DNA of 64,000 bases, from the NCBI GenBank assembly GCA_030141605.1, contig JAQGDQ010000047.1:682001-746000 (forward strand), written 5' to 3'. Each line of letters starts with the position of its first letter. Positions within the stretch are counted from its first letter, which is position 1. The notes below the pieces were generated by a model. The model had not been told where the DNA came from. It made no database searches and saw only the letters and a program-made list of their open reading frames with translations. Source of the stretch: Tubiluchus corallicola. Lineage: Eukaryota; Animalia; Priapulida. Below are positions 27,153 to 41,668 of the stretch, piece after piece. The position numbers and the translations under genes are program-made.

Positions 27153-30100
27153 GTAAGTACATCTTTTCTATAGTAATATCATTTTTTCTGGCTGGCCATT
27201 TCTTTCCGCAGCAGCCATGCTTACATGCATTTATGACGTTGTGTGTGTCATACGTGCTGCTCTAATATACCTTCATCGTAGCACATTTTGTGGGTGTTGC
27301 TATTAATAGCAAGTGTTGTTAGCATTTAAATTCGTTAATTTGCTGTCGCTTGAACTAGATCACTTTAATTTTACTGAAATATGATTGCTGATATTAACAA
27401 TGCTCATAAATTTACTTCATAAATTTACTATCCACATGATGAAATAAGTCTAATGTATGTATGTGTGTTAAAAGGTTTTGAACTTGAAAAGGCTTCTAAA
27501 CGTTTAATAGTTTAACAACATCTAACAAATAAACATCACCATCAAACAGTAAAGCTTGTCCATTTACTATGTGAAAAAGGCGCAAAACATTATTTATCTT
27601 CATCGGTTGGCATGTATGCTAAAATACATTAAATGGGTAATTTTGATCTGAATCGCTCCTTTGGTAAAGGGTAATTGGTGTCGTCGACGATCATGTTTTG
27701 TTACTAAATAGATCTGATTATTGATACTCCTTGGGCAGCAAGAGATTTGTTCCTGCAATGTGGCGAAATTGAAGCCACGTGTGTGAGCGCTGTTAAAAAC
27801 TCGCTCAGCATACCGAAAGAATTCCACGGTCTGATGCAAGCGAAGCACTCGTTCTTACACAAATACCTATGTTAGAAGAGTAAGGGTCCAAATAATTGTA
27901 CGTTGTGTGAACAACGTTTATCGGACACTGAACCTTGCGCTGCTGGTGTGTATATACTATATACGCATATTTTATAATAGTTTTTAAGAACTATATATAT
28001 ATAGGCTTAATTTAAGTAATAAGTATAGTCGACAATGAGGCAAATAATTGAATTTTGAAAACGATTAAATACTTCTATATTGTATAAACGTGGAGGCTGC
28101 AACGTGCCACTTGTGCCATTTTGTGTTATATTTTAACTTTTGTATATGTATATGGACTACGTGTAAATATTCGAAGGTCTTCAAACGCATCCTTTTTATG
28201 CAAAATGTATTATGTTTCTGCTATTGATGTTGCTGTTCAGGATGGACTTTAAGCTTTTAATGCGGTTGCTCATTTTGCTTGCCAGATGACAGCAAGTTTA
28301 AACGAAAGTTTTCCAAGTTTTTCAAGAAACAAACTTCTATCTGTTTTCGTTGCTCTAATCTGTGGTTTTCTGGTCTGCGGCTGGAAGAATCTTTGACGCA
28401 AGCTGTGCGCTTTCCGGTCTCTAAACATGGCGATGTTTGGTGTACCTGGTGTCACAGATACGGGTGCACGTCGTGAGAAAAAGAAAGTTGGCACAGGGCA
28501 GTGAATTCCAGCGATGCCGCGTGCGAATTGATATCATTCATCGGATTTTTCCGCCTTTTTCTCGTCTCCACAGGAACTTCAACAACCGCAGAAGGACCAC
28601 CTGCGGACTTTCACGGCTACCAAAACACTGGCACCGACTGAAAACCTACCCCAAACAAACTGCAGTCGTGTCAACCAAACTGGCCACAAATAGATCGCCT
28701 CACAGAAATGACTGAATTATGGCTGAACTACCCGCTCACGGCTCTGCTGTCCCAGAGAATTTTTTCTCTAACGCTAGTTTATTTGAGTTGAGATTGTGAA
28801 AGTTTTGGAAGACCAGAAGCAATGTGGTCGTCGGATTTTGTTTATGTACGTTTCCTCATATCTGAGATTGCTACCACGTCTTCTTTCAAAGCAGTTCATG
28901 GCCGCAGTAATACAATAATTTCTCTATATTAACTGCATTAAGATATTTGGTCGTGGTTAAAAGACTGCGCTACATCTAACTGGAGTCCATTGGAGAAAAG
29001 ACCAATCTGGCAAACAAATGACGTCAAGCATAACGTCAATCATTCTCGTTGACTAAGATTTTTCACACCTCTGCCGGGCATCTAATACTGTTATGAAAAA
29101 TGCCCAACTTTTCATTAGTTAGCGGGAGAAATATTGGCTTGGCTCTAGGTTTTATTATTGTCGATTGAAATTTCAAGTGAATTAGTGGAATGTTTAATCT
29201 AGTTTCGTTTATTAGAGGAAGAAATATAGAATGGAATGCCAAGTGCAAACTACGGTGACTTAGAGAACCGTTTGTGCATTAGTTATTCTTATTACAATTT
29301 CGTTAACTTCCCTTGACATTTTGGAGTTTGATGGCGTTTTCGCTCTCTGAAGCACTGCTTGGACGTACCAGAAATAGCTGACACCTCTGGCGCCTCTGTG
29401 AGGGATATTCTAATAAAAACTATTCTAGACAGACTTACGAGGTGATAGTCCGATTGTAGATGGTGGGGCCTTGTTTGAACCTAACTTGGAAGTTATACTG
29501 TGGAAATGATACATGTTGACTTTTTTTACAGGTTGAACGAAAGTTCACCCGACGATTTTTGTCATTGGGTGATTGGTGGCTCACCCCAGAATTATTGTCT
29601 TTTGTATCCAAAATGTTGTGGGATATCGGCTCGAGTCCACCCCCACTGAAAACAATTTACTGCACGTTTCAGCAGTTTTCGCCATGTTGTTCATTTTTTC
29701 CTGACTTTCACTTAACGCGGAATGCAATGCTGAGCTGCTGTTGAAAAGAGACGCTGCGGGCACCACAGATCGCTTAACCTTTCCTCGGATGGCTTCAATT
29801 CCTGCCTCATTCTTTCCCCATCGCATGTCATTGTGCAGAAAGAAGGTACATGATTATTGGGAATTTTGGGCCTGCTCCATGAGCTTTTTCTACAGCCTTG
29901 GCTGGCCTGTCGTTTCACCGCGTGTCGCTTTGCTGCCTAACACACGTGCTAGAAAAATAATCTTTTACTGTTTGTATACACGCCGCTATCACCAACTGCA
30001 CATACATATACCCAGTTGCAAATTTCTGAAGTGTCTTCTGTGTGTATAAATGGCTGTCATGTGAGTGGTGAAAATGTGAACCCTTAGATGTATTTGGCTT

Positions 30101-33100
30101 TTTCGTCGGGTACTTTTATGAAAGCGATGTTCAGCAGGAGATATAGCCTTGCTGTGTCACTTTGGGCAATTTGCCATGTTGCGCTTTACCGGTAAATATT
30201 TTCATTACGCGTCTAATGTTAAGCCACTTAGGCCGCCCTGACACGGCAAGGCCAAACAGGCACACGGTCAGTTTGGAATTTGTAAATAGATACGGTAATA
30301 GATAATATATACTTTTAGAAATTTGTGTCGGATATTTGTGTAATTACTAATTTACAAAAATGAGCTACTGCTGTTTACACCATCAAGAGGGCTAAAGCAT
30401 TAACTAAGATTTCATTTTTACAGATGTGCTATTTTAGTACTCGCAGCGAGTGTTTGCGCGTTTAATGTGAATATGACACAATTAGTTTGTGAATTTCTTG
30501 AATTAGTGTGTATTTACACTGCAGAAAAAGGCTTCATAAGTGCATCTATTCAGGTAAATGGTGATAATGCAGACCCTTTGTTCCTTGGCTCAGGACAAGC
30601 TGTCAAAATAAAAGGCACGAATATAAAAGTAGCAAGGATTACACATTGGGATCAGACATCTAAGATCCCAAGCTGATAAGTAAAATGAGCCTAATGAGTT
30701 TGATAAGTAATAATGAGATTGTAAACATGTCAAAAGACTATGAACAGAATGATGTCATAGGCAACATAGATTATGGTAAGATATCACAGATCCCAAGATT
30801 ATGTTCCGATATAGTGTAAATCAAAAGATTGTGAAAATATGTTATGGATTCAGAAATTGTAAGTACATATGACCGACCTAAAGTAGGTCCAAATTTTGTG
30901 AATGGATATCGCAGACCGAAATATTATGATCAGCTGTTTAGACTCAAAAATTGTGATCAGATGTCATAGTCTTAACTATCATAATGAAATGTCACTCAAA
31001 AGTAAAATAAGCAGATGGTACAAACTGAACGACCAATGTGAGGACAAAGATGCTAAAGGCAGAAAATTTACCATACTGAGCACACAAATAAAAAATCAAG
31101 ATAAGTGGCTGGCACTAGTTAACAGGTATCTCTCACAGACTCACAGCAGATAGGCCTATTACCGGCCCATAATTAGGTTAGGCCCAACGTCAACAAGGTG
31201 CTCTAAAGAAGCTTGAAAATCAACATTCCATTGCAGTAATTTATTGCGGTTTTTCTTGTGATAGTAATGTAAACCTCAAGTGTAGTCCCCAAAGTGCGAT
31301 CAAAGCAACGTTCAAGAAAAACTCAGATGTAGTTGGATGAGTATACTTATATCTCTATGAAAGGTTTACTTTGTAAAAAGCCTTTCATGTGGCGTTTTCC
31401 ATAAAAAGTTTTTCTCCAAGAAAATCCTTTAGAAAGCGTTTTCAGATGTAGAGTTTTTCCGATATTCCCTTTAAGGTTCCTCATTTGGTACACTAGGAAA
31501 ACCATTTTAAATCTTTTAAAACCCCTTCTTTTTAACAGTATATCATAAATCGCCATTTCTGTGTTCGACGTTCTGTAGTTGAGTTGACACTTTAGTCAAA
31601 GAATTTTCTGTCTTCTAGTGCTTCTATGCTTCTGATTGTAACTTATTCTCTATACGGATTACAATTAAATAAAAAATAACTCATTGAGAAACTTTGATTC
31701 AAGAATGGTGCCATTTTTACTGAACGATAAACACCTTGCTTCAATTGTAAAATTCGTTAATCATGCTAACTGCAGTAACTGTCGTCATCATGAGTTTACG
31801 TGTAAAATATGTCGTTTTTGTGTCGCCGCCGCCCGTGTTTTCCGTTTATTCGCCCTCGCAAAAATGTGAATAACGTCGCGACGCGCGCAATCATAGTGCT
31901 GCTTGAAATTTTACATTCTTGCGTCTTAAAAACTGCGCGTAATGACTGATAGCTCCTAATTCGCTTTGCCATTAAAACGCGAGTTTATGTTTTACGAAGA
32001 AATTCGGATTATTCACTTTCTTTTGTGCGAGTAAAAAGCGTTTTTGCTGCAGCATATGAAGCCCAGAATTTATTTTATCAGGCATTCCTAATTTATCAGT
32101 TTGAGATACCACATAACAGTAACTGTTCTGTTTTAGAATTTACGGGGCTGTAAATCACTGTTTGACACATGCTGAAGCACTTGGAAGTTTGATAAAAATA
32201 GTTTTACTGACTTCAGAAAAATGCTCAACTGATCCTGCACTTTTCAATTACGACGGGAAATAAAAATTCTTGTAGAAAATAAACTTGCACGTGCAGAAGG
32301 ACGCTTTATATGGAAGTTCGCCTTATAGTGGTATATTCTAACATACTATAAATTTGATGGCCTCTATAATATAGTTAGTTATATAAAGTACTGTGAACAT
32401 TTTTCCAAGGACTTCCGGTTGTATGAATTATACATCCTATGTAAAATATTTCTGTCATAGCCGCAAGGCATGCACACGTATTTTATTTTTGCTAGAGAAA
32501 AGTAATGACTGTCAGCCAAAGGGATACCTCTTCTATATCATCGTCATATCGTCTTCGTCGTCGTCGTCATTACTTTATCAACATGATTAAGATCATCATT
32601 ATCCTTATCAGCACCACCGTCATCGTCACCATTGTCTCGTCGTCGTTTCGTTTTCATTGTAATCATCTCGGACACATCTAGAAAGTAGGACCAGTGGAAC
32701 TTATGCGAGTTTGCAAGCACTTGAAGCAAGTGTGCAAAGAACTTAAGTAGTATATTTTGGTGGGCATTCGGTGACCTTGGTTGAGGAATTCAATTTTGAA
32801 AAAAAATTGTGTTTAGGTGTGTCATTCTTCAAATTTCAGTTGGTCGAGAGATGAAACTGTCCCGTGTATGTATGCGCCTGCTGGTCTTATGGGATACTGA
32901 AAGTGGTGCGGGTACATTAGAAATGCAAACTGCAAAAGTGTACTACGAAAATTGTTTGCAGTAGATATTGTCACTTGTATACACGCAGACTCCTTTGCTT
33001 CCCTTCTCTGAATTACAATTAATCAAGATCAATTAATATTTACACCTGATAAGTCTATATGAGGATTTATGCCCATTTGTAGGTCAGTCGCAGGCAGGAC

Positions 33101-33416
33101 AGGATAGCCAATGTATTACTTTGGTTTGCATTTCCTATGTTACGAATTCCTGGGGTGAATGAGGAATTTTCCCAAATTAAACTCAGGAAGTGCGTACGCA
33201 CGCAAAATTTTACTGGAATGTAGGCCGGGGTTGCATTGACCCTGGTCAAACAATCTGCTGTCGTGTTGGATTTCAACTTGTTCAAGAGTTAATAGCAGTG
33301 ACCTGGTCAGTAAGGATATACATAACATCGGGTATTAACCTGAATTTTTCTGGAAGCATCTGAACTTCAATTAGCTAAGAGTTAAATAGGTAGGTAAACA
33401 GATCACCCACCGAGTT

Positions 33417-33432
33417 TGGCGCCCCCTAGAAG
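33417..33432. promoter_or_regulatory. CTCF-like motif in DRAK intron
   Basis: tggcgccccctagaag matches 13 of 16 positions of TGGCGCCCCCTAGTGG in an AT-rich background. Confidence 0.3.
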
Positions 33433-35114
33433 TGTAATAATGTGTTTTCATGCATACTGATGAAAACTACCGGACGTTGCTCTCTCTCAGCCGCAAACTA
33501 TGCTTCGTTTCTACTACGGTCTTGAGACTGACTGATTGACAGACTCCAGAAATTTGTTGAATGAGTTGGAAATGTCAGTTTACAGCGAGCTTGGAGTGTT
33601 TGTCGTGTTTTAAACATTCGATAATTGCTTAATATAAAAATGCAAATAGAGGTGAAAATCCAACATAGACGCTATCTTTTATGAGTAAGTGCCAAAATTT
33701 CCGCATACTAAATATACTTTGAGAAAAATTCATTTAATAAATGCCTAGTCTTTTTTATACTAAAATGTTCACTCAGAAACTTACAAAAAACGCAGAATGA
33801 CTACAAGCTATAATAGGCCTGAAATAGAAACCTCCGTTATTACCAAATCATTTTTTGGTTTAGAAATACTATAGTCATTAATTAGAAGATTCTCAGAATG
33901 AAACGTATGGAAATATTTTAGTTGGTTATTTACTGGTTGTTTATAATGTTAAAGTAAGTTTGTTTATAATGTTAAAATATGTTTGTTTACATCGCCCTAT
34001 TTCACTGTGTTATTGTACCATGCATTGAACCTTTGTTTAAAAATCTGCAATCTAAGGGTTTTGTTTCTTTGCTTTTTATTTTGCCAATGTGTTTACCTTA
34101 ACTCAATTCTGTGCAATGAACTGTGTGTATTTCTGGTGAGGAAATCTTAGTCTAAACCATACAGTTTCCCAAAGAACATATAAGCCTAACGTTATTATAG
34201 TCAGGGTCCGCGGCTTAATGTCAGCTCCTGCTAAATAATAATTTTAGTAAATTAACGACCTTTTAGTGATCATTTAGAAGATGGAATTAAATTAACCTAA
34301 TTGTACTGAATTAGGTAGTTACTATTACCAGACATACTGTTACCGTAACAACTAGTATTTTTTGTGAACTTGAAAACTCGAATTACAGCAATTATGGTGA
34401 AAATAACCACACGTTCGTGCATTATGTGTGTGCACACTTCCTTTTTACTTTTTTTGTCTGGCGAAAAGCGGTTGAATTTTTTGCATTTTAGTGGCTAAGT
34501 ATTTTAATTGCTATTCCGAATGTCGCGTATCATTGACCTTGTATTTTGCCGTCTGTTTTGTGGTAGAGCGTTCAATTTCCCAAATTCCGTTACGTTTTGT
34601 GACCCATACCTTCAGGCGCTGTCTGAAGAGCGCATTTTTTGCTTTGGTGTGTGAGAAAATATGCAATTTTTACACAAAATGTAAATTCTTTGTGGTGTTC
34701 TGAGATTTCAAGCATTGCAGTTTGCTTAATGGAGCAGATGGCATTTACTGTTTAATTTCCCGTTGAAAGGCCGGAAACTGGTTATGCACTTATATATCTA
34801 TGCTTAATAACAATCGTTGCAATCGAATTGAATTGGTCAGCTTGCATTTCAACTCTTCGAATTCATACTGTCTGGAACGTGTGTCTGGAACAAATGGCTT
34901 CAACCAGCTTCAATCCTCGATTAAAATTTAATGTGAACTTATGTGCTATATCATTTTTTGTTAATTAGTATAAATCAAAGCGAAGTCAGACTTGGAGCCG
35001 AAAAAGTCCAAGAATAACATTGCTGTACTGAAACTTAAGTTATCTACAAAAATTGAAAATTGTAAAATTTAATGGTTGTATATAGTTGCTAAGGTTTTTG
35101 TGTTTTATTTGCAG

Positions 35115-35253
35115 TGCTGCTGGCGGTGAGCTGTTCAACCAATGCGTTTATGAAGACACTTTCAAGGAAAGAGACGTCATCAGACTGATGAGACAAATTC
35201 TTGAATCTCTAGCCTTTTTACATGACAGAAATATTGTGCACCTTGACATTAAG
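35115..35253 (+). CDS. STK17: DRAK/STK17 kinase exon (hinge to catalytic loop)
   Basis: ttgcag| (Y)[46 protein letters not shown] |gtaaat. HLD catalytic loop typical of the DAPK/MLCK group. Not in the ORF track. Confidence 0.95.
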
Positions 35254-38200
35254 GTAAATGACTAAAACTTATCATTAATTATAGTTCAATTATAGACAGG
35301 CTTTGACTTTGCCAAAAAAAATTATTCACTTAGGTCAGGGATCGTCAGTTGGTTAACAGATTTTGAGACACTAGATAAAGCATATAATGGGTGTGAAAAG
35401 TCTTTATTTAGTAAATTCCATCAAGGGGTGTGCGTTAGTTTTGGTATATTAGTTACAAGGTAATATTGTAGAAAGGGCAGCACCATATAAAAGTGCTAGG
35501 GGGCTTGGATGGGGCCACTGATGATTGTGGAAAAGTATTTCGTCTTGCAGAATGACTTCATTCAGTTTGCTTTCAGTTTTACCAGATCATCTATATAGCT
35601 TTCTTGCAAATTGCAAACTATTATCCGATTTGCTTCTACGCTAATTCAGAAGGGCGTACACACTATATATGCCGGACTGGAGATGTTTTGTTTTGATTTT
35701 TTCCTTGTCACTGAGAGAAATTTTTGTCATTTTTGTCACAGAGAAAAATTTTTGTCACCAGAAACTGTGTTAGCAGTATAAGGCTCTGTAATTACTGAGT
35801 CAAGTTGCAAAATGAAGGCCAGTATATCCTTACGTTCACCCAAGAAGCGTTTGTAAACCGGTGGGCTGTCTGTAACAGCAAAAAGCTTTTCCTTGCCTCT
35901 ATGACTATTTATCAAATTTAAATTTTTCATAAAATAATGAACAAAACAATTGGACTGTTAGACCATGAGTAGTATAAATTAACGTAATTCAGTGTTTGAA
36001 CTGCGTTTTAGCTCATTAATCTCTCATTGCTCAATTCCGTCTCAGCTGTCGCAAGGGAGTGGGGGTATTTGGGCAGCTACCGGGTGTAAGTCAATAGCAA
36101 CCAAAGGAACCACCAGTCAAAGGACCACCGGTCAAAGTTTTTATCACTAAAATTAAAGCAAATTGAAAATATCTATTGCATGATAATTATTTTGTGATAA
36201 AAAACAAAAGGGATCTAGGAAACCTTTATGCAAATAACAGGAATTAAGCTGATGAAAATGAGCTTACGTTGTTATGGAAGATTTAGAAATCTTTTGTTCC
36301 AATCTGGTGCATCCTTTGATCCTTTGATTGCCTCCGAGTTACGGTACAGGGATACATATGGGGTGGGGTGAATATCAGCAAAATTGCAAAAAAAGTTGTT
36401 GAGGGCTTTTTATATGGCTCAACCTTTTATGTATAAAATCGTGTTGTACTTGTATAAGGCCTCCATTTTCTCAGACTATACACATCTACAATGTACTTCT
36501 CTTTGACAGGTTTTCTTTTAAGCTTAATAATTATTTTAACTGGAATTAGCTTTAAATAAGCGTGGCTTAGCGTGCGCTCAAACAGGAAGTGGGAGCACAG
36601 TGTTACTAAATCATTTAAAAAGCTTGTTTTGTTGCACGATGCATAGCTTTTGTTTCGCGGTGACATTATTATTCTATTAGAGTTATATAATAGAGTAGAA
36701 TTACCTGTTTGACTGTTTCTGTTTGGTGTATAATGGCTGGCTTAATAACCAAGTAATAAATTATTGTTTGGGATTAGTAATCAAACTGACGCTTGACTAG
36801 GGTAGGATAGGGATGTACGCACGTTTGACTCATCACATTTCATTCCCTTTACAGTGAAGGTTAATTAGTTTAAAATAACTTTTCTTCCCTTTTATAAATT
36901 AATCGTTTTCATAATTTAAACCACACGACGTATTAAAGAGCCCACGCAGGGTTTTAGCGTTAATTGCGAAAACTAAATGTGTTGGCGCCATCGTTGTGTG
37001 AATTTTTTGTGAACATTTAATTTTGTAGGCATTTGTGCGCCATAGGTAGGCCTCTTAAAGGCTTTAACTGGCAATTCTCATGCATCTACCCTTTTTTGAA
37101 CAGGTGATTTAATTAAAATTTGTCAAATTCTTGGCATGTTCTTTTACCTGGTTTTTGCTTGGTGGAACAGGAAGTCATCGTTTGTTATGCTGTTCTATAT
37201 TGGTGTGCACTGTGCAGTTTAAATCTTTCGTCGATCTAATGATCTTTATTTACTTATACTGGCAGATAGCAGTTGATAAAAACCAGCAAGTGTAAGCTAA
37301 ATCGTCCTAGTTATTAAATAATTGAATATGCACTGTAAGTTGTTTGTGGTTTTGAATCATTGTACAAACCGATTTTGTAGTGAAGGTATTTATTTAGAAA
37401 GCTTGTTAAGCACCAGATGGTGGTACTAATGATGATGTTGATAGCCAGATTCTTATTTGGTGCGCAGCGGCTACTAAGCTGGGTGTTTTTTAACAATTTT
37501 ATTTTAAGATTATGCCAACACGAATTGTAGTTGTAGTAATATCACATTCACAATAATCCAATTTGCTGATAGCAAGGTCCATGGTTTTTAGAGACGATAG
37601 ACGATTTTATAAGCTTAATTTGTTTTATTATTAATTGTTTTTATTAACTGGGCTGTAAAAGATAAGAAGCCAGACCAGTTCAGTAACGGGTGTTACTTTT
37701 TAGAATTTGAGCGGGCTATATGAACCTTATTTATGTGATAAAGATGATCTAACTATCTAAAAATACGAAAATTCGAAAAATGTGCGAACATAGGCCACAT
37801 ACAACAGGACTGCAAGACCTATCCAGACCTATTTTGTCAACGTGCCCTTGTACCGTACTTCTTAACACATAATTTCTTTTAATGACGGGCCATTTTCTTT
37901 TTTTTTGTTTTTTCCCATATTCAATTTTTTTTACAAATAATGAGGATACAATACAGTAGAACATATGCGTATCTTCTAAATAGTTGTTTCGTGAAACGTG
38001 ACCACCTTCCTGACCCAGAGAGCGGTGTGTGCACACACGTGCTAGCCAGTGAAAGGTGAGGGTAGACCTCGTACCAGCACACTCGATCTGGTTTTAACTC
38101 AAATTCACACTTCTGTGACAATAAACACACGTTTTACAACCAGATTTGTGGTAAATGTTGGTTTGTGAGCTCAGGCAGATTGTTTAATTTGCAATGACTC

Positions 38201-40144
38201 GACAACAAGCAAAATATCTCATAAACCTATTTTATTTTTCAGAGTGTATGGTTTACTAAATACAATAACTATTTAACAAAACATATATTATATCATGTCG
38301 CACCAGCCAAGTCCCGATTTTATAACGACTTTAAATACATATAAATTCTGAATTTTTGTGCATAATTTTACAGGTAAACTTAAAATATGTTTCTATGGTA
38401 AAAAGAATTTTGTTTTTTATAAGGTTATTGGTTAGACCTAAAAACCAATCTGTATACGTGTAAATTGATTTGCGTTTTTGTGACGTAAACTACCAAATAA
38501 TTAAATTTTATATTTAAAATTATAATAATTTAAATATTTTGCAAGTCCTGGATACACTGTATTAATTTTGAAGGATGAATGTATGGTTACGTATATAATT
38601 ATTTTAAATGTTGCTGTTTCTAATCTCAATCCACACCAGTGAATTCAAGATATACACGTATTTTTTGATTACTTGCTCCATAGAAATCTATCTTATTAAT
38701 ATCGAACACACGTCGGATCTCAGAGGGCAAAGGTGTATTCAACAGAAAAGATTTATAATCGCTGCCTAAATGACAAAACAGCATGCAGAGTAAATAAAGA
38801 TGGTTAATTTGTCAGGTGGATAATACTTGTAGCGAACAACAAATATGCTTCATGTTTCAGTAAACAGCCGGTGGCTGATTCACCTGTATAACGGTTGCTT
38901 GTTTACCTGCGCCTGGCTCTGATTGGTTCATCGATTCTTTATTTTATTTACGACCAGGATAGTCGAGTTTTCCGCCTCTGGGTAAACATAACTTCAAGAC
39001 GGTTGAAGTGATGTAGACCTACTTTTAAACTTTAAGTAACCGAGAAATCTTGGAATTTTGGCTAACCACGACTTTTTTACACGCAAATTTGCCTGCAGTC
39101 TTAGGCTTTCTGTAGCGGCTGGGCTGTAAGACTCTGTCAATTTCTTTTCAGTTTTGATTTATTTTCTATTGTAGATGGTTTTCATTAGATGGTTTTTCAT
39201 GGATGGACGACAGAAGAGAATGTAGTCCAGTATAGTCGTGTTTGTAAAATAATTCCGTTTATTGGTGGGCGATGAAAAATGACGCCTGTGAATTTAGCTG
39301 TCTATTTTGGAATGCATGTTACTCGACAAGGAACACCTAATTTATTTGAGTAAAACTATCGTGTGTGACGTCACTTTTATACCACAAAGCGGCTGTTGAT
39401 TTCAGAATAAGTTAGTTTTACGGGCAAAAATGAATTATTTAAGTCAAGAGCCGGTATACATAATCAGCGAAAAGGAAAAGGTAATGATACCGGAGAATTC
39501 TTTTGGAGAAATCCTACGACCTCCTGCTGACAAAGTTCTCAATGGGGCCTTTACACAGTTTTTGTGGCGTTCAAAAACAACTTTCAAATTCCATTCTTTT
39601 CTTGAACATGAAACTTACTACAATTGAAGCGACGTTCGCCTTGTGAGAATAAGCGAGATGTCCCTGGTTCATATGTACGCTGGGCCTAGACTTTTTCACA
39701 TTTCCAGTTTTTCGTAGAAATTTGGCTTCCAATTCAACAATTACTTCCATCATTTACCGTTCTCAATCAACTACTGTTTAGGCACATGTGGCTCTAACTA
39801 TATGCATGTGAATTAAGACTCCAGGAATGAAAATAAGACAGTTGATCATTAAGTTTCTGTTGTTGAATATCGAATGGAAAACTCTGTTTATTATGTCAGT
39901 AATATCACGTAAAACTATAATGCTAACAACTATGAAAAACTTTCGTAATCCTTTGGGATGTAAAAAAACGTACATCTATACATGCTATTACTATCTATAG
40001 CACGTTATTAAACATGTAAAAAAATCGTCACTTTGTTTAATTCAAACTTCTGAATTTTTCAGGTTATTACATACCATATTTTCCAGAATATACTAAGTAT
40101 CCTATCTAGGCATTTTTGTAACGAGAAAGTTTTTTTTCTTTCAG

Positions 40145-40271
40145 CCACAGAACATCTTGCTCACAAATCCGCTTCCACACGGTGACATTAAGTTGTGTGA
40201 TTTCGGACTGGCGAGATTAGTGGACAGCAGTACTGACTTCCGAGAAATCGTTGGGACGCCTGACTATATTG
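40145..40271 (+). CDS. STK17: DRAK/STK17 kinase exon (DFG/activation segment)
   Basis: tttcag| PQNILLTNPLPHGDIKLCDFGLARLVDSSTDFREIVGTPDYI |gtgagt. Confidence 0.95.
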
Positions 40272-40585
40272 GTGAGTTTCGGTTTTTTTTTTGTTTGCAC
40301 TAAAATAATGTTACTTTATTGTGGCACTACATTTTTGTAGTGAATTTTCCAGAAATCTAAATTTAGTGTATTGAATTGTTTCATTATGCATACTTACAAC
40401 ACACACACACTGTACATTTATACTATATTTAGTTAAACGCTTTTAATGGTAGGCAGACCTAGTTATCTCCATTAGCTCTGTCATTTGAGTGCCAGATGGC
40501 TTGCTTAGGCCATAAAAGTTATGATAGAAATGTAAGCCTAAAGAGGTTTATGCTGGCTTACTCAGGTTTAATTTTTATTTTACAG

Positions 40586-40634
40586 CTCCTGAAATTTTGA
40601 GCTATGAACCAATCAGTACACAGACAGATATGTG
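40586..40634 (+). CDS. STK17: DRAK/STK17 kinase micro-exon (APE to DMW)
   Basis: ttacag| (A)PEILSYEPISTQTDM(W) |gtgagt. Phases are consistent with both neighbouring exons. Confidence 0.95.
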
Positions 40635-41014
40635 GTGAGTGCCAATAAACAACTGCTACCTATAATACATGCTTGGATTTTCCTAAACTAATTTTAATGA
40701 AAGTGTCAACATTTACAGAAAATTAGGGATATTTCTATACATTCCAGGAGTTCGGAAAGATTAGCTGACATTTGCCAGTTATTTTGATTGCTATAAATTG
40801 AGTGTAGGCCTTGTTCTTTCTATTAAGTGTGTAATTCAGTGGTAATGTATTTGGATCATCAGTACTCAGCTATTCAATTTAAACCGTGGATCTTTCTATA
40901 ACAGATTTTTTTTGATGTTTCAATACTCTGCCTATAGCAAATCTGTAGGTGCATAGTTTTAGCTATTTTTATTTTAACAGTTGAACTAAAATTAATGCAT
41001 TTAAACTTTTCCAG

Positions 41015-41194
41015 GAGCATTGGCGTGTTAACTTACGTCATGTTAACGGGCTGTTCGCCGTTCATTGGTGCTTCAAACCAGGAGACCTTTCTCAATATAT
41101 CACAAGTCAATCTCGATTTTCCTGATGAACTGTTTGAACATATATCTCCACAGGCAAAAGACTTTATTTGCCAGCTTTTGCAGTCAGATCCAAG
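41015..41194 (+). CDS. STK17: DRAK/STK17 kinase exon (subdomains IX-XI)
   Basis: ttccag| SIGVLTYVMLTGCSPFIGASNQETFLNISQVNLDFPDELFEHISPQAKDFICQLLQSDP |gtatga. Confidence 0.95.
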
Positions 41195-41472
41195 GTATGA
41201 ATCACAGGCAAATTGTGTGTGTCACGTAGCTGTGAATAGTTCTTCTTATAGGCAAGGCATGATAATGATCTTGTTTTTGAGGCTTGTTCATTTAACGGTA
41301 CTTGCGGGAGCACATAAATGCACGAAAGGAACACTAAATTGAAAAGTCTGAAAATTTTTGCATTTGAGACTCGATTGCGAGATATTCTGCTTTCTGGGCA
41401 GCTATGCTATTCATTATGTCACAGAAATTTATTACACTTTTTTGCAAATTAAAAATATTCTTTGCCTTGCAG

Positions 41473-41668
41473 TGACCGCGCGACAGCACGTGACTGTTTA
41501 AATCATCCGTGGTTATGGCACGACAATCACAACCACCAAGAGACAATCCTGCTAATTACGTCACCAAGGTGCTTACGGCGACCGCATCCCATCTGTAACG
41601 ATGAAACAATGGAGGATGACGTATCACAACCAAAGCGCGCTAAGGTCGATGATGAATTTGTTTACTAG
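41473..41668 (+). CDS. STK17: DRAK/STK17 kinase last coding exon
   Basis: ttgcag| (S)DRATARDCLNHPWL...SQPKRAKVDDEFVY*. The six exons total 904 nt (1 + 301 codons) with no internal stop. Confidence 0.92.

Noticed and set aside
28270-28715. Overlapping ORFs in the DRAK intron as a nested gene
   Set aside because: No homology recognised and no consistent exon boundaries.
29570-29650. tRNA-like A/B box words (ggtggctca...ggctcgagtcc); similar at ~46780-46840
   Set aside because: No cloverleaf, tail or TSD; too degenerate to call.
41195-41342. Read-through of the exon frame into the intron as an alternative DRAK C-terminus
   Set aside because: It would lose the conserved R..A..CL.HPWL end of the kinase domain, and a good donor exists at 41195.
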